NCBI GenBank assembly: GCA_902493615.1
Contig: CABUQK010000001.1
Span: forward strand, 1-57,015
Direction of reading: 5' to 3'
Source: an uncultured Collinsella sp.
GTDB taxonomy: Bacteria > Actinomycetota > Coriobacteriia > Coriobacteriales > Coriobacteriaceae
DNA length: 57,015 nt
The translations under genes were made by a program, and so were the position numbers. The notes below the pieces were generated by a model. It searched no databases, was not told where the DNA came from, and saw only the letters and a list, made by a program, of their open reading frames with translations. Below are positions 39,443-49,048 of the stretch, piece by piece. Each line of letters begins with the position of its first letter. Position 1 is the stretch's first letter.

Positions 39443-40186
39443 CTAGCGAAGGTCAAAAACAGAGTGCGCATTTGCTAAAACTGCCGACTCGATGCACTCT
39501 GCGTCGCGGTTTTTGAGTGAGGCGATGCGTTCTGAGGTCCATGTGAGCGATCTGATAAGCGACTGTGCGCTTGTTTCGGTGTTTGCCTCCGCCGGCGCAT
39601 CGGTCTCGAGCAGTAAACGATCGAGTGGGATCTGTCGGGCGTATTCGCGACCGCGCTTGGTGGCGAGCATCCGCTCGTTCACGGAAAAATAACAGCCCGC
39701 ATTACGCGCGCGGACGAGTTCGTCCGAAGTGCCGCTAAACCAGTGGAAGATGATAGCGGGGGAGTCGGGGTTTGGGATGAGTAGTCCATGCGATTCGAGG
39801 ACGTCCAGTACGGCTCCTGCCGAACGAACGTCGTGAATTGATATCACACGCCCGGTAAGAGGATGTTGTGCGAGAGCCTCGCAGAGCCGGTCAAGTGCCT
39901 GTGTTTGCAGCGGCTCGCTTCCGGCAAAGCGCGCAGAAAAGTCGAGTCCCACCTCGCCGATGTAGCGCTCTTGGGCTGCAACTTCGCAAAGCAGATTGAT
40001 TTCGGCAGGACCGCAGCGACCGTCGGCAAGCCACCAGGGGTGAAGCCCAATGCCGGCGATGATGCTTGGTTGGCGATGGGCGCGCTCGTTTGCGGCCGAA
40101 AAGTCACGTGGATCGACGCCGCAATCAAATAGGCCCAAGCCCAGTGCCGTCGCCTGGCAGTGTGCATCAAATAACCGGGGCTCCAT
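39443..40186 (-). CDS. TatD-family hydrolase, probably with an N-terminal in-frame deletion
   Basis: GLHPW, IGEVGLDF, IFHWF, LLETDAP; DAHCQ instead of DxHxH. Confidence 0.85.
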   Translation of the reverse strand: MEPRLFDAHCQATALGLGLFDCGVDPRDFSAANERAHRQPSIIAGIGLHPWWLADGRCGPAEINLLCEVAAQERYIGEVGLDFSARFAGSEPLQTQALDRLCEALAQHPLTGRVISIHDVRSAGAVLDVLESHGLLIPNPDSPAIIFHWFSGTSDELVRARNAGCYFSVNERMLATKRGREYARQIPLDRLLLETDAPAEANTETSAQSLIRSLTWTSERIASLKNRDAECIESAVLANAHSVFDLR

Positions 40187-40200
40187 CTCGGCGCACTCCG

Positions 40201-41001
40201 CTAGTCCAGGCGTTGGCCGTCGGCGCGCACACGCTCGGTGCCGCGTCCACTGATCTGGCGGATAACCTCGCCGGCAATCATCTGACCCATGATGGGCGGC
40301 ATAAAACTAGCGGTACCCAACTCGGTACGCTCGTGGATGTTGGACGGGTCGCGGGGTTGGGTCTTAACCGATTCCTCGCAGCTAAACAGCACGTGCAGAC
40401 TCTTGATTCCGCGCTTCTTACATTCTTTGCGCATGATGCGGCTCAAGGGGTCGCGTACCGTATCGAAAATGTCGGCAAAGCGGAGGCACTCGGGATGGAG
40501 CTTGTTGGCCCCGCCCATGGAGCTAACCAAACGAATGTCGTGGTCCTGAGCATATTTGGCAATGGTGAGCTTGGCCGAGATGGTGTCGATGGCGTCGACG
40601 ACGTAGTCGAGCTTGCCGTCCGTCTGCTCCAAAACGCTCGCGAAGAACTCGTCGATGTTGTCGCTCAGCAGGTATTCGGTGCGTTTGATAACGGTGGCGG
40701 TGGGATTGATGTCGTGGATCATGGCTTCCATAACATCGACCTTGCGCTTGCCGATGGTGCTGTGAAAGGCGATAGCCTGGCGATTGATATTGCTGGGCGC
40801 GACGATGTCCTTGTCCAGAATGACGAAATGACCAATGCCGCCGCGGGCGAGTGCCTCGCAGCAGTTGGAGCCCACGCCTCCGCAGCCGAGCACCAACACC
40901 GTAGCATCGGCGAGCTTATCGAGTGCCTCGCGGCCCATGATGATCTCGAGCTTGGTGTCGCGTGTCTCGACGAGAGCGGCAGCGGTTTCGGTCATAGACA
41001 T
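40201..41001 (-). CDS. tcdA: tRNA threonylcarbamoyladenosine dehydratase (ThiF family)
   Basis: GCGGVGS, SNINRQ, YVVDAID, SSMGGANK, DPLSR. Confidence 0.9.
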   Translation of the reverse strand: MSMTETAAALVETRDTKLEIIMGREALDKLADATVLVLGCGGVGSNCCEALARGGIGHFVILDKDIVAPSNINRQAIAFHSTIGKRKVDVMEAMIHDINPTATVIKRTEYLLSDNIDEFFASVLEQTDGKLDYVVDAIDTISAKLTIAKYAQDHDIRLVSSMGGANKLHPECLRFADIFDTVRDPLSRIMRKECKKRGIKSLHVLFSCEESVKTQPRDPSNIHERTELGTASFMPPIMGQMIAGEVIRQISGRGTERVRADGQRLD

Positions 41002-41081
41002 CCTCCGATGGGGAAGCGAATCGTGTTTTAGCTATCGCCATTATAGGTGTTATCGCGATTCCATTTGAGCCCTTGGGCGTG

Positions 41082-41110
41082 TTGAAATGGGATCGGGGTT
41101 CGCATAAGAT
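41082..41110 (+). promoter_or_regulatory. Sigma-70-type promoter
   Basis: TTGAAA-N17-TAAGAT. Confidence 0.7.
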
Positions 41111-41116
41111 TGAAGC

Positions 41117-41213
41117 AGATGGCACCCGTTGCAGCGGGTTGGCCAACTCTAAAACACGTTTGTAGCGTGAGAAGTGGCCGTCTTCGCATTACGCGGAGGC
41201 GGCTATTTTTTTT
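41117..41213 (+). ncRNA. Candidate ~95-nt small RNA
   Basis: Lies between promoter 41082-41110 and terminator GGCCGTCTTCGC/GCGGAGGCGGCT plus T8; no SD-led ORF. Confidence 0.55.
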
Positions 41214-41231
41214 GAGTACAAGATTAGATAG

Positions 41232-41247
41232 TTAGACAAACATCTAA
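41232..41247. promoter_or_regulatory. Candidate ArsR/SdpR autoregulatory operator
   Basis: Dyad TTAGA-CAAACA-TCTAA upstream of the regulator. Confidence 0.6.
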
Positions 41248-41295
41248 ATATCGAGTATAGTGTGCGCGTCATGAGAGATGATGAGAGGAGGTCTT

Positions 41296-41574
41296 ATGCC
41301 GGGAGAGGGTTTTAAGGCGCTTGCCGATCCAACGCGACGGCGCATTTTGGAGTTGCTGCGCGAGGGCAATTGCACGGCGGGGGAGCTTGCCGAGCATTTC
41401 GATATCAGTAAGCCGTCGCTGAGCCATCACTTGGCGACGCTCAAAAACGCCGGGTTGGTGACCGACGAGCGCCATGGCCAAAACATCGTATACAGCTTAA
41501 ACACCACCGTCATGCAGGATTTGATTGGCTGGTTTATGGGCTTTACAAACACGGAAGGTGATAAGGATGAATAA
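41296..41574 (+). CDS. ArsR-family repressor, SdpR-like
   Basis: FKALADPTRRRIL, SKPSLSHHL, GQNIVYSLNTT. Confidence 0.9.
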   Translation: MPGEGFKALADPTRRRILELLREGNCTAGELAEHFDISKPSLSHHLATLKNAGLVTDERHGQNIVYSLNTTVMQDLIGWFMGFTNTEGDKDE

Positions 41575-42271
41575 CGAAAACAAGGGCATTCACCCCACGG
41601 GGGTATCGTCGCGCGTGTGGATTGCGCTGGTCGCTCTGTGCGTCGCCAATGTCGTAGCGCACCTCATGGTGATGCCGAGCTTGCCTGCGCAGATTCCCAC
41701 GCACTGGGGCGCGAACGGCGCCGTCGACGGTTGGGGTCCTAGCTGGATGGCCTCCGCGCTCGGCGTGCTGCCTCTGGCGCTTCTCGCAATGTTCTGCGTG
41801 GTGCCGCGCATCGACCCCAAAGGTGAGGCATATCGAACCTCGGGCAAGTTCTACCAGGGCTTCGTAATCGCCTTCACCTTGTTCATGTGCGCCATAAGCT
41901 GGCTGGGAGAGCTTACGGTCTGGGGCGTGGTGCCGGCGGTCGGTTCGGTCAACGTGCTGATTTCCGGTGTTGTCGGTTTGCTGTTCATCGGCGTAGGCAA
42001 CTACTTGCCGCGTGTGAAGCAGAACTATACGCTCGGTATCAAGACACCCTGGGCGCTTGCCGATCCCGAGAACTGGCGCCGTACGCAGCGTTTTGGCGGC
42101 GCCTGCTTTATGGTGCTAGGTATTGGCCTGATTGTGATGGGCGTGGCAGGCAGCGTGCTTTCGAGTGAAGTCGTCGCCGCGGTGATTGCGGTTCTGGCGT
42201 TTGGTTCGGTTGGAGCCGTCTACGTCTACTCGTATCTGTTGTGGCGCAAATCGCAGCGAGCCGCTCGTTAA
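41567..42271 (+). CDS. SdpI-family membrane protein (DUF1648)
   Basis: LPAQIPTHW, PRIDPK, GNYLP..KQNY..GIKTPW. Confidence 0.9.
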   Translation: MNNENKGIHPTGVSSRVWIALVALCVANVVAHLMVMPSLPAQIPTHWGANGAVDGWGPSWMASALGVLPLALLAMFCVVPRIDPKGEAYRTSGKFYQGFVIAFTLFMCAISWLGELTVWGVVPAVGSVNVLISGVVGLLFIGVGNYLPRVKQNYTLGIKTPWALADPENWRRTQRFGGACFMVLGIGLIVMGVAGSVLSSEVVAAVIAVLAFGSVGAVYVYSYLLWRKSQRAAR

Positions 42272-42442
42272 GGTTGCGGAAAACTAGCGTACGCAGTTCA
42301 TAGTATGTTCCGGGGGACTTTTCCCAGGTAGTATTAGGGGGTGTGGGCAACCATGCCCCTTTTTATTAGAACGCGCGAACTGCCTCTCCGCTTTTTCCAA
42401 AACGGAGAGGGGGAGAAGATTTCCGCAGCTAGATAAGGAGAA

Positions 42443-44128
42443 ATGACTGTGGCGGAGTTCATTTATCAGATGTATCAGGCTCGCAAGGCCCATGGCGACA
42501 AGGTGATCCTTGACGACGTGACCCTGAGCTTCTACCCCGGTGCCAAGATCGGCGTCGTGGGCCCCAACGGTATGGGCAAGTCGACCCTGCTCAAGATCAT
42601 GGCCGGCATCGAGGAGGTCTCCAACGGCGATGCCAAGCTCACCCCCGGCTACACCGTGGGTATCCTGCAGCAGGAGCCGCCGCTCGACGACGACAAGACC
42701 GTCATCGAGAACGTGCGCATGGCATTTGGCGACATGATCGCCAAGGTCGATCGCTTCAACAAGATCGGCGAGGAGATGTGCGACCCGGATTGCGACATGG
42801 ACGCCCTCATGGCCGAGATGGGAAAGCTCCAGGACGAGATCGACGCCGCCGACGGCTGGGATATCGATTCCAAGCTCGGCCAGGCCATGGACGCCCTGCA
42901 GCTGCCCGATTCCGACATGCCGGTCAACGTGCTCTCTGGCGGCGAGCGCCGTCGCGTGGCCCTGTGCAAGCTGCTGCTCGAAGCTCCCGACCTGCTGCTG
43001 CTCGACGAGCCCACGAACCACCTGGACGCCGAGTCGATCCTGTGGCTCGAGCACTTCCTGCACAACTACCAGGGCGCGGTGCTTGCCGTCACGCACGATC
43101 GCTACTTCCTGGATAACGTTGCCGAGTGGATCTGCGAGGTCGACCGCGGTCACCTTTATCCCTACAAGGGCAACTACTCCACGTATCTGGAGACCAAGGC
43201 CGCCCGTATCGAGGCGCAGGGCAACCGCGACGCCAAGCTCGCCAAGCGCATGGAGGCCGAGCTCGAGTGGGTACGCAGCTCGCCCAAGGCTCGCCAGGCA
43301 AAGAACAAGGCCCGTCTGGCTCGCTACGAGGAGATGGAGGCCGAGGCCCGCGCAAGCCAGAAGCTCGACTGGACCGACATCCGCATCCCTGTGGGCCCGC
43401 GTTTGGGCAACAAGGTGCTCGAGGCCCATCATCTGCACAAGGAGTTCGATGGCCGTGTGCTCATCGACGACCTTTCGTTCACCCTGCCGCGTAACGGCAT
43501 CGTGGGCGTCATCGGCCCCAACGGTGTGGGCAAGACTACGCTCTTCAAGACCATCGTGGGCCTGGAGCCGCTGACTTCGGGCGAGCTCGAGGTGGGCGAG
43601 ACCGTCAAGATCTCCTATGTCGACCAGAACCGTTCTGGCATCGATCCCGATAAGAACCTGTGGGAGGTCGTCTCGGATGGCCTGGACCACATGATGGTCG
43701 GCGAGACCGAGGTCCCCAGCCGCGCGTACGTGGCGAGCTTTGGCTTTAAGGGCCAGGACCAGCAGAAGCGCGCTGGCGTACTCTCTGGTGGTGAGCGCAA
43801 TCGTCTGAACCTGGCGCTCACGCTCAAGCAGGGCGGCAACCTGCTGCTCCTCGACGAGCCCACGAACGATCTCGACGTCGAGACGCTGTCCTCACTCGAA
43901 GCGGCGCTGCTCGAGTTCCCGGGCTGCTCGGTGGTCATTAGCCACGACCGTATGTTCCTGGACCGCGTCGCCACACACATTCTGGCGTGGGAGGGCACCG
44001 ACGAGAACCCGGGCAACTGGTATTGGTTCGAGGGCAACTTCGAGGCCTATCAGGCCAATCGCATCGAGCGCCTGGGCGAGGACGCGGCCCAGCCGCATCG
44101 TATCCACCGTAAGCTGACGCGCGACTAG
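42443..44128 (+). CDS. ettA: ABC-F translational throttle protein
   Basis: FYPGAKIGVVGPNG, two ABC cassettes, WVRSSPKARQAK linker, LSGGERNR. Confidence 0.96.
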   Translation: MTVAEFIYQMYQARKAHGDKVILDDVTLSFYPGAKIGVVGPNGMGKSTLLKIMAGIEEVSNGDAKLTPGYTVGILQQEPPLDDDKTVIENVRMAFGDMIAKVDRFNKIGEEMCDPDCDMDALMAEMGKLQDEIDAADGWDIDSKLGQAMDALQLPDSDMPVNVLSGGERRRVALCKLLLEAPDLLLLDEPTNHLDAESILWLEHFLHNYQGAVLAVTHDRYFLDNVAEWICEVDRGHLYPYKGNYSTYLETKAARIEAQGNRDAKLAKRMEAELEWVRSSPKARQAKNKARLARYEEMEAEARASQKLDWTDIRIPVGPRLGNKVLEAHHLHKEFDGRVLIDDLSFTLPRNGIVGVIGPNGVGKTTLFKTIVGLEPLTSGELEVGETVKISYVDQNRSGIDPDKNLWEVVSDGLDHMMVGETEVPSRAYVASFGFKGQDQQKRAGVLSGGERNRLNLALTLKQGGNLLLLDEPTNDLDVETLSSLEAALLEFPGCSVVISHDRMFLDRVATHILAWEGTDENPGNWYWFEGNFEAYQANRIERLGEDAAQPHRIHRKLTRD

Positions 44129-44131
44129 ATC

Positions 44132-44290
44132 GTTACGCGGTTTTCCAAACCGCGTAACTGCTCGACGCTGCGCGGGTCGCAAGCACCCCATCTTGCCGTT
44201 CAAGCCGTCGCTCGCGTACCGAAGTACGCGTCGCTCCTCTTTCACGGCAACCTGGGGCACTTGCGGCCCGCTCGCTGTTGGTTACGCAAC
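44132..44290 (+). repeat. Structured repeat family C, copy 1
   Basis: GTTACGCGGTTT..AAACCGCGTAAC palindrome plus long stem with TCGCGTACCGAAGTACGC core; homologous to reverse complement of 53832-54043. Confidence 0.85.
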
Positions 44291-44300
44291 ATCAACAAAT

Positions 44301-44339
44301 AAAAACGGCTCAAATCCTGATTTGGATTTGAGCCGTTTG
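44301..44339. terminator. Intrinsic terminator hairpin
   Basis: AAACGGCTCAAATCC/GGATTTGAGCCGTTT. Confidence 0.75.
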
Positions 44340-44342
44340 TCG

Positions 44343-45644
44343 TTACTGCTCGGGTTCTTCGACTTTATCGATGGTCCAGGTGGCTCCGAGACCGCCGGTG
44401 GTGTTGCGGCGGATGCGCACGGCAACCTCGTGGCGCTCGCCGTCCTGCGTGTAGCGCAGGGGGAAGCTTGCGCGGTTTCGCGCGGCTTCGATGGTACCGC
44501 GCTCGCGGGCGATCCAGTAGTACTCGCCGACGATGCCGAGGGTATCGGCGCCGTAGGGGAGATAGGTCGACAGCTGGTGTAGCAACGGACCGGGGCAGAA
44601 GACCTCAGTTGCGAAATCGACGGGGAAGTCCTCGGGGATGGCGGGCGCTACGGGTGCGGGGGCCGGTACCATCGCCGGTGCGAAGGCCTGCTCATTGACG
44701 GGCGTCACCTCGACGACGGGCACGGGTTCGGTGCCGAGCACTGATTCGGTGCCCACTTTTGGCATCGCCGCGGAATCTGCAGACTCGACGATAGCGGGTG
44801 CGTCTACGGCCGCGGTGTCGAGCTCGACTTGCGGAGCGCTCTGATTCTCGACGCTCGACTTTGCCTCGATGGGCGTGGATGCCATGGTGGTGATGCCGGC
44901 GTTGGCGTTCTCGGGGTCATAGACGACCGTGAGCGAGATGGCGGGCTGCGGCGTCTCGGGCTCCGGCGCCGACTCGGTAGCGCCTTGATTGGCGGGCTCG
45001 TCGGACTGATCGCCCTCGGCCTCGTCGCCAAAGACATCGCTGTTTTGGAATGCAGACGTCTCGGGTTGGATAGCGGCTTCTTCGGTTGTCGACTTGGGAG
45101 CCTCGTTGAGCTCCGCAGTGGCTTCCTGCTCTGACATGACTTTGGGATCGGTCGTGGCGGCGATTTCGGTTTCGGCTTCCGCTGTTACCTCAATAGCGAC
45201 TTCGATCTCTGTCTCGGGCTCGGGTTCCGGCACGGCTTCAACCATGACTTCGGGCTCGGGACGCTTAACGTGCTTGGGACGCACGGCCTTGAGGTCCTTC
45301 TCACCGCGCTTTTTCTTTTTGTAGGACTGCTTGGCGCCCTTGGCAGCCTTGGGCTTGTCCTCGCCCTTGGCAAGGGCGGCATCCCAGGCCTCGTTGGCGA
45401 TGACGGTGGCATACAGGCGGCCGCCCTTAAAGACGGTCAGCTTAATGCAGTCGTTGAGCTCCTCGAGCAGCTCGCGCGTGGACTCGAAGCCCAGGTCATA
45501 AGCGGTCATGTCGCCGGCGGCGAGCGCCTCCTCGACCTGTGTCATAAACGTTTGCTTGCCGCATCCGATTGCATCGCGTAGCAGGCGATACAGATAGATG
45601 TGGTTGCCCAGCGATAGCGTGGGCCTAACTATTGTCTTGCTCAT
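44343..45644 (-). CDS. Hypothetical protein: two small domains joined by a long acidic Glu/Pro/Ala-rich linker
   Basis: Long ORF with SD GAGGAG; composition. Confidence 0.8.
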   Translation of the reverse strand: MSKTIVRPTLSLGNHIYLYRLLRDAIGCGKQTFMTQVEEALAAGDMTAYDLGFESTRELLEELNDCIKLTVFKGGRLYATVIANEAWDAALAKGEDKPKAAKGAKQSYKKKKRGEKDLKAVRPKHVKRPEPEVMVEAVPEPEPETEIEVAIEVTAEAETEIAATTDPKVMSEQEATAELNEAPKSTTEEAAIQPETSAFQNSDVFGDEAEGDQSDEPANQGATESAPEPETPQPAISLTVVYDPENANAGITTMASTPIEAKSSVENQSAPQVELDTAAVDAPAIVESADSAAMPKVGTESVLGTEPVPVVEVTPVNEQAFAPAMVPAPAPVAPAIPEDFPVDFATEVFCPGPLLHQLSTYLPYGADTLGIVGEYYWIARERGTIEAARNRASFPLRYTQDGERHEVAVRIRRNTTGGLGATWTIDKVEEPEQ

Positions 45645-45784
45645 GGCAAATCTCCTCTTTACACATGTAAAGCATCTTACCATCGCATGGCGTTCGCCAT
45701 GGCGGCGCCCAAGGCAAACGGGCGCGAACCGCTTTCGATTCGCGCCCGTTGTATAGGTCGGTTATCTATGAGAGGCAAATGTGC

Positions 45785-46747
45785 TTAGTTGCCCGATGCC
45801 GTGCCTTGGCTCGAGTTGTCAGATGCCGTGCCGGACGCGGTTCCGCTCGAGCTGTTCGAGCTGTTGGTGTTGTTGCTGTCTGCTGCGCCCGTTCCCGAAG
45901 TGGTGTCGCTCGTCTGGCCGCCCGTGCTCGGCTGCGAACCGCCAGTCGTTTGGCTTGAGTCGGTCGTGCCGGACGGCGTGCTGCTGTTGGCCGTAGAGGA
46001 ATCGGTGCCCTGCGATTGGTTTTGGGTGTTCGAGGACGAATTGGCAGAGGTAGAACTGTCTTGCGTATCGTCCGTCTGCGCCTGCTGATCCTGCGACTGG
46101 GTGTTGCCATTTGCATCGCTCTCGGTCGTGCGCGACGACAGGATTGGCTCGGGACGCTCGCCCAGACCCTCACCGGCAGTGGTGATAAGGATGGCGCCGG
46201 CGCAGGCGATGACCGCGACGATGGCGATGGCGATCGAGAAGACGATGACTTTCTTTTGTGTCTGGCTGCGCTCTGCCGCCGCCTTGGCGCGCAGGCTGTT
46301 GGGGGCGACGCGCGCCGTGGTCGCGCGTCCCGCAACCTGGCGCATCTCCTGCGTGGTCGCGGCGCCACCTAGGTGCTCCTCGACATCGGGCTCAACGGGC
46401 TCGTAGGCGCCGGCAGGGTAGTCGACAGCGGCATGCGTGCCCTTGATTGCTTCGGCGCTGGCGGAGATAAAGTGGCGATAGACCTGCGAGGACACAACAG
46501 TGATGACTGAGCTCACAGCGGCACCAATCACCGAGCCGGCAATGCCGATCTTTGAAGCAAGCGCCACGCTCGTGGCGGCAGCTGCGGCGCCGGCGATGAT
46601 CTGGGGAATGGAAATGTCGTCGAACAGGCCCTTTTTGGGCGCGATGGCCATGGTCTGTCCAATGAAATGGTTCTCGTGTACGCCGTTGTTGAGCGATGCC
46701 GGCGTCATGACGCGCGTGCGCGGCGCGTCGGTGTACTTGGTTGTCAT
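45785..46747 (-). CDS. Membrane protein with Ser/Thr/Asn-rich tail
   Basis: SD GGAGG; hydrophobic segments; low-complexity C-terminus. Confidence 0.8.
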   Translation of the reverse strand: MTTKYTDAPRTRVMTPASLNNGVHENHFIGQTMAIAPKKGLFDDISIPQIIAGAAAAATSVALASKIGIAGSVIGAAVSSVITVVSSQVYRHFISASAEAIKGTHAAVDYPAGAYEPVEPDVEEHLGGAATTQEMRQVAGRATTARVAPNSLRAKAAAERSQTQKKVIVFSIAIAIVAVIACAGAILITTAGEGLGERPEPILSSRTTESDANGNTQSQDQQAQTDDTQDSSTSANSSSNTQNQSQGTDSSTANSSTPSGTTDSSQTTGGSQPSTGGQTSDTTSGTGAADSNNTNSSNSSSGTASGTASDNSSQGTASGN

Positions 46748-46923
46748 ACGGGGTCCTCCCGGTGTAAATCTGCTTCGTTTCGTGTAGCCATCAGGGTACC
46801 CACCAGATGTGAATCGTACGTGACATTTAACAGATACCATCAACTCATCAATAGCTCACCAAGTTGGTGGGATGCGGTTGCACCCGGCGGTTGAACTACA
46901 ATAGGGCTTGCTAATTGTTGTGA

Positions 46924-48930
46924 ATGGCGTCTACGCACGGGAGCATTCTTATGAATCTTCACCTTTCTCAGTCTGATGGCTTTTTGCGTGTGGCAGCGGC
47001 GGCGCCGCAGATTCGCGTGGCCGATGTCGAGGGCAATGCCGGGGTTGCGCTGGCAGCTGTTCGCGATGCTGCCGAGTGTGGCGTTCGCGCGCTGGTACTG
47101 CCCGAGCTTAACCTGACCGGCTATACCGCGGCTGACCTGTTCCATAATCGCACGCTGCTGCATGCCTGTGAGGCTGCTCTGGTGCATATCCTCGACGAGA
47201 CTCGTGAGCTGTCGATTGTCTTTACCATCGGTCTTCCCGTTGCGGTTGCCGAGAATATCTACAACTGCGCCGCCGTGTGTTGCGCGGGCGAGCTTTTGGG
47301 TCTCACGGCCAAGAAGTATCTGCCCAACTATGGCGAGTTCTATGAGCACCGTTGGTTTGCTCCGGCGCCCGCAGATCCCGTGTGGATTGAATTTGCCGGT
47401 CAGGGTCCGGTTCCGCTGGATTCGGGGCTTGTCTACCGTTGCTGTGATGAGGGCGCCGAGGATATGGTGCTGGGCGTTGAGGTCTGCGAGGACCTGTGGG
47501 TGCCGGCGCCCCCTTCGACCGAGATGGCACTTGCCGGTGCGACGGTGATCCTCAACCCGTCGGCCTCGGACGAGATTATCGGTAAGGCAGACTATCGCCG
47601 CAGCCTCATCTCCAACCAGAGCGCGCGTCTGTACTGTGCCTATGCCTATGCAGACGCGAGCGAGGGCGAGTCCACGACCGATATGGTCTTTGCGGGCGAG
47701 AACCTTATCTACGAAAACGGCTCCAAGCTCGCCGCGACCAAGCTGCTTACCTGCGACATGGCCATCGCCGACGTTGATCTTGACCGCCTGGTTGCCGAGC
47801 GCCGCCGCTCGACGACGTGGACGCGCGCGGACGATGCGCCGGAGGCCACGACCGTTGAATTCTCGTTTGAGGGCGTGTTGGCCGAAGAGCCCGTCCTGCG
47901 CGATGCCTGCGATATCGACCGCGTTTTCCCGCGCGCGCCCTTTGTACCGGCCGACCACGGCGACTTGGCCGAGCGTTGCGAGACCATCCTCGACCTGCAG
48001 ACCGCCGGCCTCAAGACCCGCCTTGCCCATACGGGTACCAAGGCTGCAGTCATCGGTCTTTCGGGCGGCCTGGACTCCACGCTGGCACTGCTTGTGACCG
48101 TGCGTGCCTTCGATGCGCTGGGACTGCCGCGCACGGGCATCACGGCGGTCTCCATGCCCGGTTTTGGCACGACGCACCGCACCAAATCGAACGCCGAGTC
48201 GCTTGCCCGTGACCTGGGCGTGAGCTTCCGCGAAATTTCGATCCACGCGGCCGTGGAGCAGCACTTCAAGGACATTGAGCACGATCCGACCGTCCAAGAC
48301 GTGACCTACGAGAACAGCCAGGCCCGCGAGCGTACGCAGATTCTGATGGATCTGGCCAACCAGGCTGGCGGTTTTGTCATCGGCACGGGCGACCTGTCAG
48401 AGCTGGCGCTCGGCTGGGCTACCTATAACGGCGACCACATGAGCATGTATGCCGTCAACGCGAGCGTGCCCAAGACGCTTGTGCGCCATCTGGTGCGCTA
48501 TGCGGCTGATGTCTTTGGCGGGCGTATTGCCGAGGTCTTGCTCGATATCCTCGATACGCCGGTGTCTCCCGAGCTTCTGCCGCCCACGGGCGACGGCGAG
48601 ATTGCGCAGAAGACCGAGGATTTGGTGGGCCCGTACGAGTTGCACGACTACTTCCTCTACTACCTGCTGCGTTTTGGCTTTGAGCCGGGCAAGATCTACC
48701 GCATGGCGCTCAAGAGCTTCGAGGGCGCCTACGACGCCAAGACCGTCCACACGTGGCTACGTACGTTCTACCGTCGCTTCTTTGCCCAGCAGTTTAAGCG
48801 CAGCTGCCTGCCCGATGGTCCCAAGGTGGGCTCGGTGACGCTCAGCCCGCGCGGCGATTGGCGTATGCCGAGTGACGCCAGCTCGCGTCTGTGGCTTGCG
48901 CAGATCGATGCGCTCAATCCGGTTGACTAA
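46924..48930 (+). CDS. nadE: Glutamine-dependent NAD+ synthetase
   Basis: LPEL, K.YLPNYGEFYE.RWF, VCEDLW, GLSGGLDST, ENSQARER; start may be 46951. Confidence 0.96.
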   Translation: MASTHGSILMNLHLSQSDGFLRVAAAAPQIRVADVEGNAGVALAAVRDAAECGVRALVLPELNLTGYTAADLFHNRTLLHACEAALVHILDETRELSIVFTIGLPVAVAENIYNCAAVCCAGELLGLTAKKYLPNYGEFYEHRWFAPAPADPVWIEFAGQGPVPLDSGLVYRCCDEGAEDMVLGVEVCEDLWVPAPPSTEMALAGATVILNPSASDEIIGKADYRRSLISNQSARLYCAYAYADASEGESTTDMVFAGENLIYENGSKLAATKLLTCDMAIADVDLDRLVAERRRSTTWTRADDAPEATTVEFSFEGVLAEEPVLRDACDIDRVFPRAPFVPADHGDLAERCETILDLQTAGLKTRLAHTGTKAAVIGLSGGLDSTLALLVTVRAFDALGLPRTGITAVSMPGFGTTHRTKSNAESLARDLGVSFREISIHAAVEQHFKDIEHDPTVQDVTYENSQARERTQILMDLANQAGGFVIGTGDLSELALGWATYNGDHMSMYAVNASVPKTLVRHLVRYAADVFGGRIAEVLLDILDTPVSPELLPPTGDGEIAQKTEDLVGPYELHDYFLYYLLRFGFEPGKIYRMALKSFEGAYDAKTVHTWLRTFYRRFFAQQFKRSCLPDGPKVGSVTLSPRGDWRMPSDASSRLWLAQIDALNPVD

Positions 48931-49048
48931 GGTTGGCTAAATTGAACCAATACGGGGGTTGCAAGCGTTACACTTTTGCAATCTGATGGCCCGTATCGCG
49001 CGGCGCTCTTGTCGGAGCGCTGCGTTTTTCATATCGAAAGGTGGCACC

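Noticed and set aside
41189..41272. 27-aa minus-strand ORF (MTRTLYSIF...) as the toxin for the candidate sRNA
   Set aside because: No Shine-Dalgarno, overlaps the sdpR promoter and operator, and lacks a convincing transmembrane stretch.
41296..42271. Cannibalism toxin system
   Set aside because: Only the SdpR/SdpI-like pair is present; stand-alone pairs are common and no sdpABC is seen.
42300..42420. Hairpins upstream of ettA as a riboswitch or attenuator
   Set aside because: Adequately explained as the sdpRI terminator plus a promoter-region hairpin; no aptamer or uORF recognised.
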